A stretch of 64,000 nucleotides of DNA from Psychrosphaera sp. (lineage in GTDB: Bacteria > Pseudomonadota > Gammaproteobacteria > Enterobacterales > Alteromonadaceae), in NCBI GenBank assembly GCA_034111705.1, contig JAWUWS010000109.1, positions 1,017-65,016 on the forward strand, in the 5' to 3' direction. The position numbers and the translations under genes are program-made. The notes under the pieces were generated by a model. That model was not told the DNA's origin. It did not search any database and saw only the letters and a list, made by a program, of their open reading frames with translations. Positions 29,453 to 38,911 of this stretch are shown here, in pieces (the first letter of the stretch is position 1; each line of letters begins with the position of its first letter).

Positions 29453-30229
29453 TTAAAGCGCTGGTAAGCCCCACTCAGCTTGCTTTTTCTTGTACTCATC
29501 TTTTGGTAACGCTAAGTAGCGAGGATTTTTCTCTGGCTTTAACCAAGCAAGTAATTGATCCATTTTAGGCTCTTCCATTGATGTGCAACCAGCAGTAGGA
29601 ACTTCTGGTCCAAACCATAAATGCAAGAAAATACAGCTGCCTTTGTCACTAATGTTTTCTGGGTTATGGTCTAACACTATGCCTTTTTTATAAATGCTTT
29701 GACCTTCTTTGTGAATGTCTCGGCGCATTGGTTCAGTTGAGCCTTCAACTGCTTCTTTACCTACTGTATTTTCGTCAACAATTTGGTTGTACAAAGGGGA
29801 TTGATTGACATCCATACAATAATGGTTGGCTGACATAGGTTGGTATGGCATATCTGTAACTGCGTCAGGTAAATAACCAAAGGTAGTGCTTAAATCGAAT
29901 ATTCCTGCTGTGGCTTTTCCGTCCCCTTCTTTTTTATAATACCCAGTCTGGGTAGGGTGAAGACCTAAACCCCATGCCAATCCAGTACGACCTAAATTAA
30001 CAGGGAAAGCCGAAGCTACTTCTTGCCAAGTATCATTAATCCATTCAAATTTTTGCAGCGTTGCGGTTGTGGCATCCCAATCGTCGGATACCACTACAAC
30101 TAATTGTTTGGTGTTCAGGCTCTGTAACAAAGGTTGAGCCTTGTCAGGTTTTGAGTCGCAAGCGCTGAGTAAACTGGTTAATAACATTAGCGTTCCCATA
30201 ACGGTGTAACGTGAATTTAAAAAGGCCAT
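29453..30229 (-). CDS. YkuD/L,D-transpeptidase-like lipoprotein
   Basis: Lipobox LSAC, KKEGDGKATAGIF, catalytic GSCIFLH...PTAGC. Confidence 0.82.
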   Translation of the reverse strand: MAFLNSRYTVMGTLMLLTSLLSACDSKPDKAQPLLQSLNTKQLVVVVSDDWDATTATLQKFEWINDTWQEVASAFPVNLGRTGLAWGLGLHPTQTGYYKKEGDGKATAGIFDLSTTFGYLPDAVTDMPYQPMSANHYCMDVNQSPLYNQIVDENTVGKEAVEGSTEPMRRDIHKEGQSIYKKGIVLDHNPENISDKGSCIFLHLWFGPEVPTAGCTSMEEPKMDQLLAWLKPEKNPRYLALPKDEYKKKQAEWGLPAL

Positions 30230-31320
30230 ACTAGTTCCTGTAAATTGTTAATGTTTTCAATACCAAGACCTGCGCCTTGGCCTAATTTAATGTTAGATAA
30301 GCTAAAATCAACGCCTCCAACTACTGGATCATATTGTCCTAATGCGGGTCCATCTAAGTCGATTAAAGAGATACTTGATGATTTTGCGACCGCTAAGTGA
30401 GCTGCTGCAGCAACACTAACACTGCCTTCTAACATACAACCTATCATGCAAGGAATGTTATGTAACTCTGCTAAATCAGCAATTTTAATTGCTTGGCTTA
30501 GTCCTGCACATTTCATTAATTTAATATTAATAATATCGGCAGCGCCAGTGCGGATTAAATGTAAAACTTGTTGCGGTGAAAATGCACTTTCATCAGCCAT
30601 AACTGCGGTGGTGATACGTTCGCTTATATAACGTAAACCATTAAGGTCGTTACTTTTTACTGGCTGTTCGATTAATTCTAGCTCAACACCCAAGTTTTCT
30701 AATTTTTGGATAGCATAAACAGTTTGTTTAGCTGTCCAACCTTGGTTAACGTCTAATCTAATAATGGCTCGTTTAGCAACATCTTGATAGATTGAATGTA
30801 CTCGTTCTATGTCGTTCTCTATATCGGTACCAATTTTAATTTTTAATGTATCGAAGCCTTGTTTTATAGCGAGATTAACGTCTGTCAGCATTTTGTCTAT
30901 ATGATCAACACTGATGGTTACATCTGTTGTTAGCTGAGGTGTACCGCCACCTAACATTTTATACAAAGGCGCATCAAAACGCTTAGCCCATAAATCGTAA
31001 ATAGCTATTTCAACAGCAGCTTTGGCACTACTGTTGGCAACAATAGCATGTTGGATTTTATGACAAATTGCATTTAGATTTTCAACGTCCATTCCAATAA
31101 TGTGCGGTGCGATAACATTGGTAATTGCATAGCACACTGACCCATGAGTATCACCTGTGATGACTGGAGTTGCTGGAGCCGCGCCGTAACCTAATACTCC
31201 TGTATCGGTTTCTACTATTACCACAAGATCAGTAATACTTTGTACCGTACGCATGGCTGTTTTAAACGGAGTAACTAACGGAACTTCTAATTTTGCAAAA
31301 CGGATTGCTGTGATCTTCAT
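30217..31320 (-). CDS. L-Ala-D/L-Glu dipeptide epimerase (enolase superfamily, YkfB/YcjG type)
   Basis: PFKTAMRTV, LKIKIG, LDVNQG, IEQP, MADES, NIKLMK, GCMLE, DLD motif; no signal peptide. Confidence 0.92.
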   Translation of the reverse strand: MKITAIRFAKLEVPLVTPFKTAMRTVQSITDLVVIVETDTGVLGYGAAPATPVITGDTHGSVCYAITNVIAPHIIGMDVENLNAICHKIQHAIVANSSAKAAVEIAIYDLWAKRFDAPLYKMLGGGTPQLTTDVTISVDHIDKMLTDVNLAIKQGFDTLKIKIGTDIENDIERVHSIYQDVAKRAIIRLDVNQGWTAKQTVYAIQKLENLGVELELIEQPVKSNDLNGLRYISERITTAVMADESAFSPQQVLHLIRTGAADIINIKLMKCAGLSQAIKIADLAELHNIPCMIGCMLEGSVSVAAAAHLAVAKSSSISLIDLDGPALGQYDPVVGGVDFSLSNIKLGQGAGLGIENINNLQELVWPF

Positions 31321-31325
31321 AGTGG

Positions 31326-32762
31326 TTAGTGGCCTTCAACATTGTTGAGAGTAAGACGCTTAATATTATAAATTTTATCTATATACGTTGTGGTTTCGTT
31401 TAAATGTAAAGTGATCAAAGGGGTCACAGAAACGGCGTTTAATACACCTTCATAAAACTCACCTTCTGGTGTCCAATAAGCTAAGCCTTTTACATCATGA
31501 ATAACAACAGGTTGATTGTTCTCTTGTCCTAAATAAACCATAACATGACCAGGAATATAGATAAGATCACCAATTTGTAATTTCTCTATTACCGCCATTT
31601 TACTCGCACGGTCGCTATTCTTATCAAAGCGGAAATTAGTACCGTATTTACCATTACCTTGTTGGCCAGAGTTACGAGGCATTAGGATGCCAAAGGTTTT
31701 ATATATCTCACCAACAAAACCAGTACAATCACGTCCGTTGTAATCGTGACCCCAGCCGTAGCGTTCGCCTAAAAATTTGAAAGCTTGGGCTATTACGTTT
31801 TCTGGAGTGTATTCTAAGTAACCTTTTTGAACATCTTGAGTACGACCAATTAACGCGACTTTGATGCTAAGGCTACCGTCTTTATTTCGTACAGGTAGTT
31901 TTACTTCATAACTGCCGGCTGTGCTTTGACCATATAATTCACCATGTTGTTCAGTGCTGCTTAATAATGGAATTTTAACGCCCATGTCTAATTGTACTTG
32001 TGATATCTCTGGTTCATTAGGCACATAACTAGTCAGTACTTTTGCCCCTGAAATTAGTAAGAAGTCTTGGTGATTTAAATATGTTTGTATTTCTTGTTTA
32101 TCACCAATAGCAATGTCACTGCGCTGCACCCAAGCTAAGTAATTGTAGTTTTGTACTAACAGCCATTTACCGTCAGTACTTATATGTAAAATCGCTACTG
32201 GTTCTGTTGGAAATACACCGGTTTCTTGAAAACGGTCTAAATCAAAATCCATTCCTTTGTTAAACACACGATCTAAAGTAGGGAAGGTTCGTAGTGCAGA
32301 GCGTTGAGTCACTAGGCCAAATTGCACTTTATTGTTATCTTTAACTCCCTGAATATTCAGATTGTCAGTGTAAACTTTGAACTCTTGGGCTGTAAGCTGA
32401 GCACCATTTTCATAAAAACGAGCACTTTTAGGAATGCTGCTAATACTTTGAATTTTAGCAATTAGTTCATTTTTACTGAAATTATTTGGTGTTGTTAATG
32501 GCTTTACCACATGAGGGTCAGTGTCAAACAATTGCTGGTTGAAGGCAGCGATATCTTTATTTTTCATCGACATAACCCCGTTATTATCTAGTTTATTTTG
32601 CCAGTGTTGAGCATTTAGTTGCTGGCTTGTGATCTCTGTAATTGTTTTATTATTTGTAGTGACACTACTACAAGCACTTAGTGCTGATAATAAAATGAGA
32701 CATTGTAAATTGCGATAAAGTTTGTGAGTTTTATGTGTTTGTTTTTTCACTATATTTAACAT
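31326..32762 (-). CDS. SH3-containing NlpC/P60 lipoprotein (YkfC-like gamma-D-Glu-diamino acid endopeptidase)
   Basis: Lipobox LSAC, DRFQET SH3 region, YGWG...RDCTG, PRNS, PGHV...IHD catalytic residues. Confidence 0.9.
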   Translation of the reverse strand: MLNIVKKQTHKTHKLYRNLQCLILLSALSACSSVTTNNKTITEITSQQLNAQHWQNKLDNNGVMSMKNKDIAAFNQQLFDTDPHVVKPLTTPNNFSKNELIAKIQSISSIPKSARFYENGAQLTAQEFKVYTDNLNIQGVKDNNKVQFGLVTQRSALRTFPTLDRVFNKGMDFDLDRFQETGVFPTEPVAILHISTDGKWLLVQNYNYLAWVQRSDIAIGDKQEIQTYLNHQDFLLISGAKVLTSYVPNEPEISQVQLDMGVKIPLLSSTEQHGELYGQSTAGSYEVKLPVRNKDGSLSIKVALIGRTQDVQKGYLEYTPENVIAQAFKFLGERYGWGHDYNGRDCTGFVGEIYKTFGILMPRNSGQQGNGKYGTNFRFDKNSDRASKMAVIEKLQIGDLIYIPGHVMVYLGQENNQPVVIHDVKGLAYWTPEGEFYEGVLNAVSVTPLITLHLNETTTYIDKIYNIKRLTLNNVEGH

Positions 32763-32993
32763 GGTAATAACTCATTTTTGTTGTAGTCGAGATATGAATT
32801 TAAAACTGAACCTATGCTTACTGCAGTAACTGCTTAGATCTGCGAAACATCTACTATGCGGTAATTGAGCAGACTTATCTATTAAATCTACACATTCCCA
32901 ATAACGCTTAATAACAAAATTTACATTCCGTTCTTCTGATATCAGTCGCGTTGCAATATAAATAGTTTATTGCTGTTCATTATTTATCTCGTG

Positions 32994-33039
32994 TAATATT
33001 ATATTCCTTGAGTTTTAGTATAAATAGAATAATTATTTC
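32994..33039. promoter_or_regulatory. Two candidate MurR/RpiR boxes in the divergent nlpC/DUF819 promoter
   Basis: TAATATTATATTC (32994-33006) and GAATAATTATTTC (33027-33039), 33 bp apart. Confidence 0.5.
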
Positions 33040-33181
33040 AACAAGAGTTATTTTTAAAAGTGAAAAAATAGTTTTATCTATTTCTGACGTTTAAGACAAA
33101 TAGTATTCAGCATCGTTTTGCGTTGTCGTTTGAATTATTTCTACTGCAATGCAGCGGTTTGTTAAATCAAGGAACATCATT

Positions 33182-34348
33182 TTGATCACCAGTTCATTTA
33201 TCTACGTTACTGCTTTATTCGTTATTGCTGGAAGTTTAAAACTTCTGGAAACTTCCACAAGGTGGCGTTTATTTGAGTATTTACCAGCCGTTGTGTCTCT
33301 ATATTTTGTGGTGATGCTGTGCTCTACATTTGGGGTATGGGAAAAGACGGAAGAGATCACCAACGCCTATAAAATGTTACGGAATAATTTACTGCCTGCG
33401 ATGATATTTTTGATGTTGCTTGATGCTGACTTAAGACAAATCAAACAACTAGGAGGTCGTGTATTACTCGCGTTTTTCATTGCTGCTATAAGTATCGGTG
33501 TGGCTTTTGTATTGGCTTTTACTGTATTTCAACATTACTTACCGGCCGACGCATGGAAAACGCTTGCTGCATTAAGCGGTAGTTGGATGGGTGGCACGGG
33601 TAATATGGTCGCGATTCAGTTGGCATTAGATGTACCTGACACGAGTATGGGTTATACCTTGTTAATAGACTCAATTGATTACGCGTTATGGGTTATGTTT
33701 TTACTAGCTTTAGTGCCCCATGCTAAACGGTTTAACAAATGGGTAAAAGCCGACAGCGAATTGTTAAAACAAATAGGTGCCAACATTAATATAGAAAAAG
33801 AACAGAAACCGGTAGATGCGGGTAACTTGTTAATCTTGTTAGCGTCGGCTTTGTTAGTGTCTGCTTTAGCCCAAAGTACTGCACTATGGTTGCCTACTTC
33901 GGCTTATTTCACAACAACGGCTTGGACTGTATTACTTGTGACGCTTGCTGGTGTCATTGGCGCATTAACACCGTTAGGAAAAATGGCTGGAGCCAGCCAA
34001 TTGTCTATGCTGATGTTGTATTTAATAATTGCTTTGATAGCGTCACGTGCAAACTTAGCCGAACTTACCCAAGCACCAATATATATTTTGTTAGGGTTAA
34101 TGATTTTGCTGTTTCATGGCGTCATTATGTTGATTATGGCGAAATGGTTAAAGTTAGACTTATTTACTTGTGGTGTAGCTTCCCTTGCGAATATTGGTGG
34201 TGTTGCTTCTGCGCCTATTTTAGCTGCATCTTATTCAAAGTCACTCATTCCTGTTGGAGTGTTAATGGCAATGATAGGGTATATTGTTGGAACTGGTGGC
34301 GGTTTGCTGGTTGGTAAGGCGTTGTCGTTTATTGCATCTTACAGTTAA
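33182..34348 (+). CDS. DUF819-family integral membrane protein (candidate transporter)
   Basis: About 10-11 TM segments with GSWMGGTGNM and ASLANIGG motifs typical of DUF819; TTG at 33182 has an AGGA RBS. Confidence 0.85.
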   Translation: MITSSFIYVTALFVIAGSLKLLETSTRWRLFEYLPAVVSLYFVVMLCSTFGVWEKTEEITNAYKMLRNNLLPAMIFLMLLDADLRQIKQLGGRVLLAFFIAAISIGVAFVLAFTVFQHYLPADAWKTLAALSGSWMGGTGNMVAIQLALDVPDTSMGYTLLIDSIDYALWVMFLLALVPHAKRFNKWVKADSELLKQIGANINIEKEQKPVDAGNLLILLASALLVSALAQSTALWLPTSAYFTTTAWTVLLVTLAGVIGALTPLGKMAGASQLSMLMLYLIIALIASRANLAELTQAPIYILLGLMILLFHGVIMLIMAKWLKLDLFTCGVASLANIGGVASAPILAASYSKSLIPVGVLMAMIGYIVGTGGGLLVGKALSFIASYS

Positions 34349-34444
34349 GAGCCATATTTGAAGCTAAACTCAAGCTAGGCTATTAAGCGAGCTAGGTTAA
34401 TTCAAGCTAGATTATTCACGTTATGCTAATGGACATGACTCTAT

Positions 34445-36022
34445 CTAGAGCTTTGTAAAGTCTAAATCTTGGAAGTCATAACTGAAATCAATATTTTTTG
34501 ATGCAGGTAATAGGGTCATTCCGGTGACGTTTCCTTGTTTGTCGCGTTTAAAGTTAATAATTGCGTCAGCTTCCAAACTACGATCGTCCCAACGTATTAG
34601 TAAACTATCTTTACTGTTGTGCAGATATAAATCCCCAACAAATTTTTCAACGCGTAATGAACGAATACGTAAGTTTGCTTCTTTATCTTGTGTGCTTGGT
34701 TCAATAATAAATTGTCCTAGCCATGCATCTTGATAAGTACCAATATAGGCGTTTAATTCAGAACTGGATGTATTCGTTAGAACATACTTTTGGGTTAGTT
34801 CATGTGATGCATTAGATACCGGTTTATTCACTGGCTTTTTAGGTGCAAATATCGCGAGCCAATCTGTATTGCCATCTCCTAAATACGGTTTCATTACGGT
34901 GTACATTAAGGCACTACGAGCTGCGCTTGATTGTTGGTTAGTTAACACAACAAAGCCTAAATCTAACTCTGGAAACAAGCTAACAAAAGAATACATGCCA
35001 GCTAAACTGCCAGTGTGGTGTACTTGTAAATAACCGTCTATGTCATTAATACGCCAACCTAATCCATAAGCACTAAGATGGGTATTGTCTAAACGTTTAC
35101 TGCGGGAAGACACAGGCATTATGGTATGCGGCGTCCACATCATTTTATGCTGAGCTTTTGAAAATAGCGCGTTATCGTTTGTTATTTGACCTTGGTTAAG
35201 CTGAACTTTCACCCATTTAAGCATGTCGTTGAGACTACATTGTATGCCTCCAGCTGGTGCTGAAACACTTGGTTTATCGGGATCAATAGGGCGGATAATA
35301 GTTTGTAATTTTCCATCAACAATACCGTGAGGTGTCGCAATGTTATTTTGTTTTTGTAAACTGACATTACCAGCAAAGCAATGTTGCATGGACAAAGGTT
35401 GTATGATTTTTTGTTCCACAAACTCTTCCCAACTTTTTCCTGTTACGGCTGGGATAATTTCACTGGCGACGATATAAAGTAGATTGTCATAGGCGTAGTC
35501 AGCTCTAAATTCGCCCGTTGGTTTTAGGTGACGTAAATTATGTAAGACTTGTCGGCGAGTAAAACTCGACGGCTCAGGCCACAACATTAAGTCGCCAGCA
35601 CCTAAACCTAGACCACTACGATGAGTGAGTAAGTCTATTATATTAAAGTGCTCCGTGACCCAAGGGTCGTGCATTTTAAAATTGGGTAAATAATCAAGGA
35701 CTTTACCTTCCCAGCTAAGCTTTCCTTCATCCACTAAAATCGCTAAAGCTGCAGCGGTAAAAGCTTTTGTGTTTGAAGCTATTTTAAAAATACTATTACT
35801 ATCTACAAAATCATCACTACCTATGGTTTTAACACCAAAACCTTGAGCTGCAATTACTTTCCCATCCTTTACGACACCAATCGCTGCGCCAGGAATTTGT
35901 AATTGTTGCATGATCTTTTGTATTTTTTTCTCGTTCAAAGTCGAACTCTCCACATTGGTGGATACACTTAATCCAATTGTTAATATGCAGCAGATTAAAA
36001 GTTTAGATAATACATGTAACAT
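34445..36022 (-). CDS. Exported serine hydrolase, beta-lactamase/AmpC fold with C-terminal DUF3471-like domain
   Basis: Signal peptide, FKIASNTK (SxxK), LLTHRSG, YDN, HTG. Confidence 0.88.
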   Translation of the reverse strand: MLHVLSKLLICCILTIGLSVSTNVESSTLNEKKIQKIMQQLQIPGAAIGVVKDGKVIAAQGFGVKTIGSDDFVDSNSIFKIASNTKAFTAAALAILVDEGKLSWEGKVLDYLPNFKMHDPWVTEHFNIIDLLTHRSGLGLGAGDLMLWPEPSSFTRRQVLHNLRHLKPTGEFRADYAYDNLLYIVASEIIPAVTGKSWEEFVEQKIIQPLSMQHCFAGNVSLQKQNNIATPHGIVDGKLQTIIRPIDPDKPSVSAPAGGIQCSLNDMLKWVKVQLNQGQITNDNALFSKAQHKMMWTPHTIMPVSSRSKRLDNTHLSAYGLGWRINDIDGYLQVHHTGSLAGMYSFVSLFPELDLGFVVLTNQQSSAARSALMYTVMKPYLGDGNTDWLAIFAPKKPVNKPVSNASHELTQKYVLTNTSSSELNAYIGTYQDAWLGQFIIEPSTQDKEANLRIRSLRVEKFVGDLYLHNSKDSLLIRWDDRSLEADAIINFKRDKQGNVTGMTLLPASKNIDFSYDFQDLDFTKL

Positions 36023-36031
36023 CAGATGTTC

Positions 36032-38536
36032 CTATTGGTTATCTAGTACGGCTTCGTACACTAAGCTAACAATACTGCCAAACTTGCCAGTTTCAAATAA
36101 TTTACCTTCAAATTCTGGATCTTTATCTTCTCGCTCAACAATTTCACTGTGGCGTGCATTGGTTAGTAAAATAATGGCTAGGTCATATTCAGGATCTATT
36201 ACGGTAACTGTACCTGTCCAGCCTGTGTGACCATAAGCGGATGCACTAGCGTAAGGACCAAAGTGCCATTTACGTTGACCATTAGCAGCGCGGCGCCAAC
36301 CTAAACCAAAACTAGCATCATTTTCTTCTGGTTTAATGAATTTATCGAGAACGGTATGATCAAAGACTTTGTGTTTACCGTAACCACCTCCATTTAATAA
36401 CGTCTGGGTTAATACCGCTAAATCATCGACAGTAGAAAACAACCCAGCATGACCAGCAACGCCTGCAAAAGAGTGAAATGCTTTTTCATCATGTACCTCT
36501 CCTTGTAATACGTGAGTACGTACATTGTCGAAGTAAACCTTACCTCCGCGGGTCGTACCCATTATTTCTGTTGCGGCAAATTGGTTTTTACTAAAGCCTT
36601 TTTGTAGCGGGTTAAATAGAGTGTTACTAAGTCCAAGAGGGTTATAAATATGCTGCTCAGCATATAAATCTAATGGTTTATTGGTAACTCGTTCAATTAA
36701 CAAACTTAGCAGCATATAGTCTGTGTCGCTGTATACAGATTTGGTTTGTCGGCCCATTTCAAATGGTACTTTAGATAATAATAAATGTTCAGTTTGTGTC
36801 TTATTTTGAGAGAAAAATGCAGGGCCTAATTCATTATCTTTAGTGAAAAAACGCACTTGTGGAGAATACCCTGCGGTGTGAGTCAGTAAGTCCCTTACCA
36901 ATCTACTTTCTCGCCCTTGGCCTTGGTACTCAGCTAGGTAATTACTGATAGGGTTGTTAACGTTAATCTTACCTTCTGATACCAATTTCATCAGTGCAAA
37001 GTTAGTAGCGAACATTTTTGTATTTGAAGCTAAGTCAAAAAGGTGATCCGCTTTCATCTTAATTGGTTTTTCTAATGGAAGACCACCGTCAGCAAATTTT
37101 CTGGCATAACCGTAAGCACTACGTTTAATTACTTTCCCATCTTTTACGACTAATAAAACGGCTCCTGGGAAACCGGTATCTATATCGTTATTAATAAGCT
37201 TATCTACTTTTGCAAATCGTTTATCACTGTCAGGCGAGTATTGTTTCTTTAATTTTGGATACGGGATCATGACTCGAATACTGCTGCCCTCAGGCAATAC
37301 ATTCTCAACTCGTAATGTGTTCTCTCCGTTTTTAGTTCTTTTTGCTAAAGAGTAGTTATAACGTTGATAAGGTTGTAATGCTGTTTCTATGTTGAGTTTT
37401 TTGCCATTAATATAAATCTCAGCACTTTGTGCGTTAACATTATCAATTATAATATCTCCTTCACCGTCATAACTTTTAAAAATTCCACGGTCATTTACCC
37501 ATTCACGTGTACTTCTTTCTATATTTGGAAAAACATCATTTATTTGATAGTAACTTAAATTAGTTACTGGTGGCTCTGGAAGTTTTTCGATTTGATAGCG
37601 TATTAGTAAGTCATCAACTTTTTTAGGAAAATATTTATCAATTAACGCGAATAATACTGCAGCGGTTTTACTATCTAATTTGCCATTTACGGACCAAGGT
37701 AAAAAATGCATTTGAAAGGCGGATAATGTATCGAGCGTTGCGCTATCGATAATGCCGGTTTCTATAATGTCGTAACCATAAACATTTAAAGCATGTTGTA
37801 TTAAACCTATGCTAGCTGGGGAGTCGTTAAACATTTCCCAGTATGTTTTTAGAGTGTCGTTGTCATACCAAGCGCCAATGCCATTTTGATAAAGTTGATA
37901 CCAAGGAAAACGAGGCCCGGGATCATTCTTGCGAGTTGGTGCTATATCTGAGTGACCTACGACTGCTGTTGGTGAGATATCAGGATTTCTTGCTAGGATA
38001 TCTTTAGATAAAGTGATTAATAATTCTATTTGTTGTGGATCGTAATCAGGGAAAAGGCAAAGACGGTTGGGGCCATTTTCTTGTTGTAGATGAATATTTG
38101 CCTCGTCACGCATGCACTCTGGAACATTGACGATTTCTATTCCTATAGATTGATCATTCAAATCTTTTCTACCTTGCCAGTAACTTATACCAGCATGCCA
38201 TGCTCTACTTGACTCATCAACTAACTGAATAACTTCTAATTTTTTATCTTGGTATGTAGGGTCGTTGCGTTCTGGGATAAGGTAATGGGCACTCAAGCCA
38301 CCTTCATCAACTAATGCGGTAACGGATTTTTGATAATCTATGGCGGTAAAATGCATCACTAAAAATTTAATGCGTTGACTGAAATTTTTAGATTGCATGT
38401 GAGTTAAAGAAAGAGATGTGCAACTAGTAAGAAATACAGTTAACCCAATGGTTAGCCATATTCGATTTGCCAGTGAAGAAGCCTTGTGCCACTTTAATAG
38501 ATATTTCACGAAAAACTTCATAATAACGCCACCCAT
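36032..38536 (-). CDS. Fusion lipoprotein: AmiD-like Zn N-acetylmuramoyl-L-alanine amidase + YfeW(PBP4B)/AmiE-like serine hydrolase
   Basis: Lipobox-like LTSC; Amidase_2 motifs VMHFT, SAHYLI, RAWHAG, SIGIE, GHSDIAP.RK.DPG; PG-binding AFQMHF; then FDLASNTKMFATN, YSD, GEVHDE, GHTGWTG. Confidence 0.9.
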   Translation of the reverse strand: MGGVIMKFFVKYLLKWHKASSLANRIWLTIGLTVFLTSCTSLSLTHMQSKNFSQRIKFLVMHFTAIDYQKSVTALVDEGGLSAHYLIPERNDPTYQDKKLEVIQLVDESSRAWHAGISYWQGRKDLNDQSIGIEIVNVPECMRDEANIHLQQENGPNRLCLFPDYDPQQIELLITLSKDILARNPDISPTAVVGHSDIAPTRKNDPGPRFPWYQLYQNGIGAWYDNDTLKTYWEMFNDSPASIGLIQHALNVYGYDIIETGIIDSATLDTLSAFQMHFLPWSVNGKLDSKTAAVLFALIDKYFPKKVDDLLIRYQIEKLPEPPVTNLSYYQINDVFPNIERSTREWVNDRGIFKSYDGEGDIIIDNVNAQSAEIYINGKKLNIETALQPYQRYNYSLAKRTKNGENTLRVENVLPEGSSIRVMIPYPKLKKQYSPDSDKRFAKVDKLINNDIDTGFPGAVLLVVKDGKVIKRSAYGYARKFADGGLPLEKPIKMKADHLFDLASNTKMFATNFALMKLVSEGKINVNNPISNYLAEYQGQGRESRLVRDLLTHTAGYSPQVRFFTKDNELGPAFFSQNKTQTEHLLLSKVPFEMGRQTKSVYSDTDYMLLSLLIERVTNKPLDLYAEQHIYNPLGLSNTLFNPLQKGFSKNQFAATEIMGTTRGGKVYFDNVRTHVLQGEVHDEKAFHSFAGVAGHAGLFSTVDDLAVLTQTLLNGGGYGKHKVFDHTVLDKFIKPEENDASFGLGWRRAANGQRKWHFGPYASASAYGHTGWTGTVTVIDPEYDLAIILLTNARHSEIVEREDKDPEFEGKLFETGKFGSIVSLVYEAVLDNQ

Positions 38537-38571
38537 CTAGAATAAATAATTATTACAATAAGAATAATAAG

Positions 38572-38583
38572 GAATAATTATTC
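38572..38583. promoter_or_regulatory. Perfect palindrome near the amidase-fusion start; candidate MurR box (12-bp variant)
   Basis: GAATAATTATTC. Confidence 0.45.
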
Positions 38584-38700
38584 TACATGTATTTTTGTAT
38601 AAATAATAAGTTATTTATTAATTATAGTTAATTAAAATATCACTAAAGCTCTTGTTAATACTAATGTTTGCATTGTATTTATTATCCATTTGGTTGTTTT

Positions 38701-38787
38701 GAATAATTAATTCGCTATCTTTTTTATATTAACAAATATAAATTATTACAAATAAAGTTCGCTTTGTTGAAAATATTATTCTTGACC
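38701..38787. promoter_or_regulatory. Two candidate MurR boxes upstream of the TonB receptor
   Basis: GAATAATTAATTC (38701-38713) and GAAAATATTATTC (38769-38781), the second directly abutting a -35-like TTGACC. Confidence 0.5.
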
Positions 38788-38911
38788 TTATTGGTTAATA
38801 TTTGTTAAATAAAGCCACTGTTCGAAATGCCAGTCGTCAAAAGAGTGTTAGTAACAGAATTTGTTGGAGCAATGACACGAATATAATTCTTATAAAAACA
38901 AGGTGGAACAC

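Noticed and set aside
33886-34317. 143-aa Cys/Trp-rich ORF within the DUF819 gene
   Set aside because: Off-frame reading of a hydrophobic gene; composition is typical of a frame artefact.
34445-38536. Antibiotic-resistance beta-lactamases
   Set aside because: The SxxK proteins carry HTG rather than KTG motifs, have extra domains and sit in a murein-catabolic context; wall hydrolases are more plausible.
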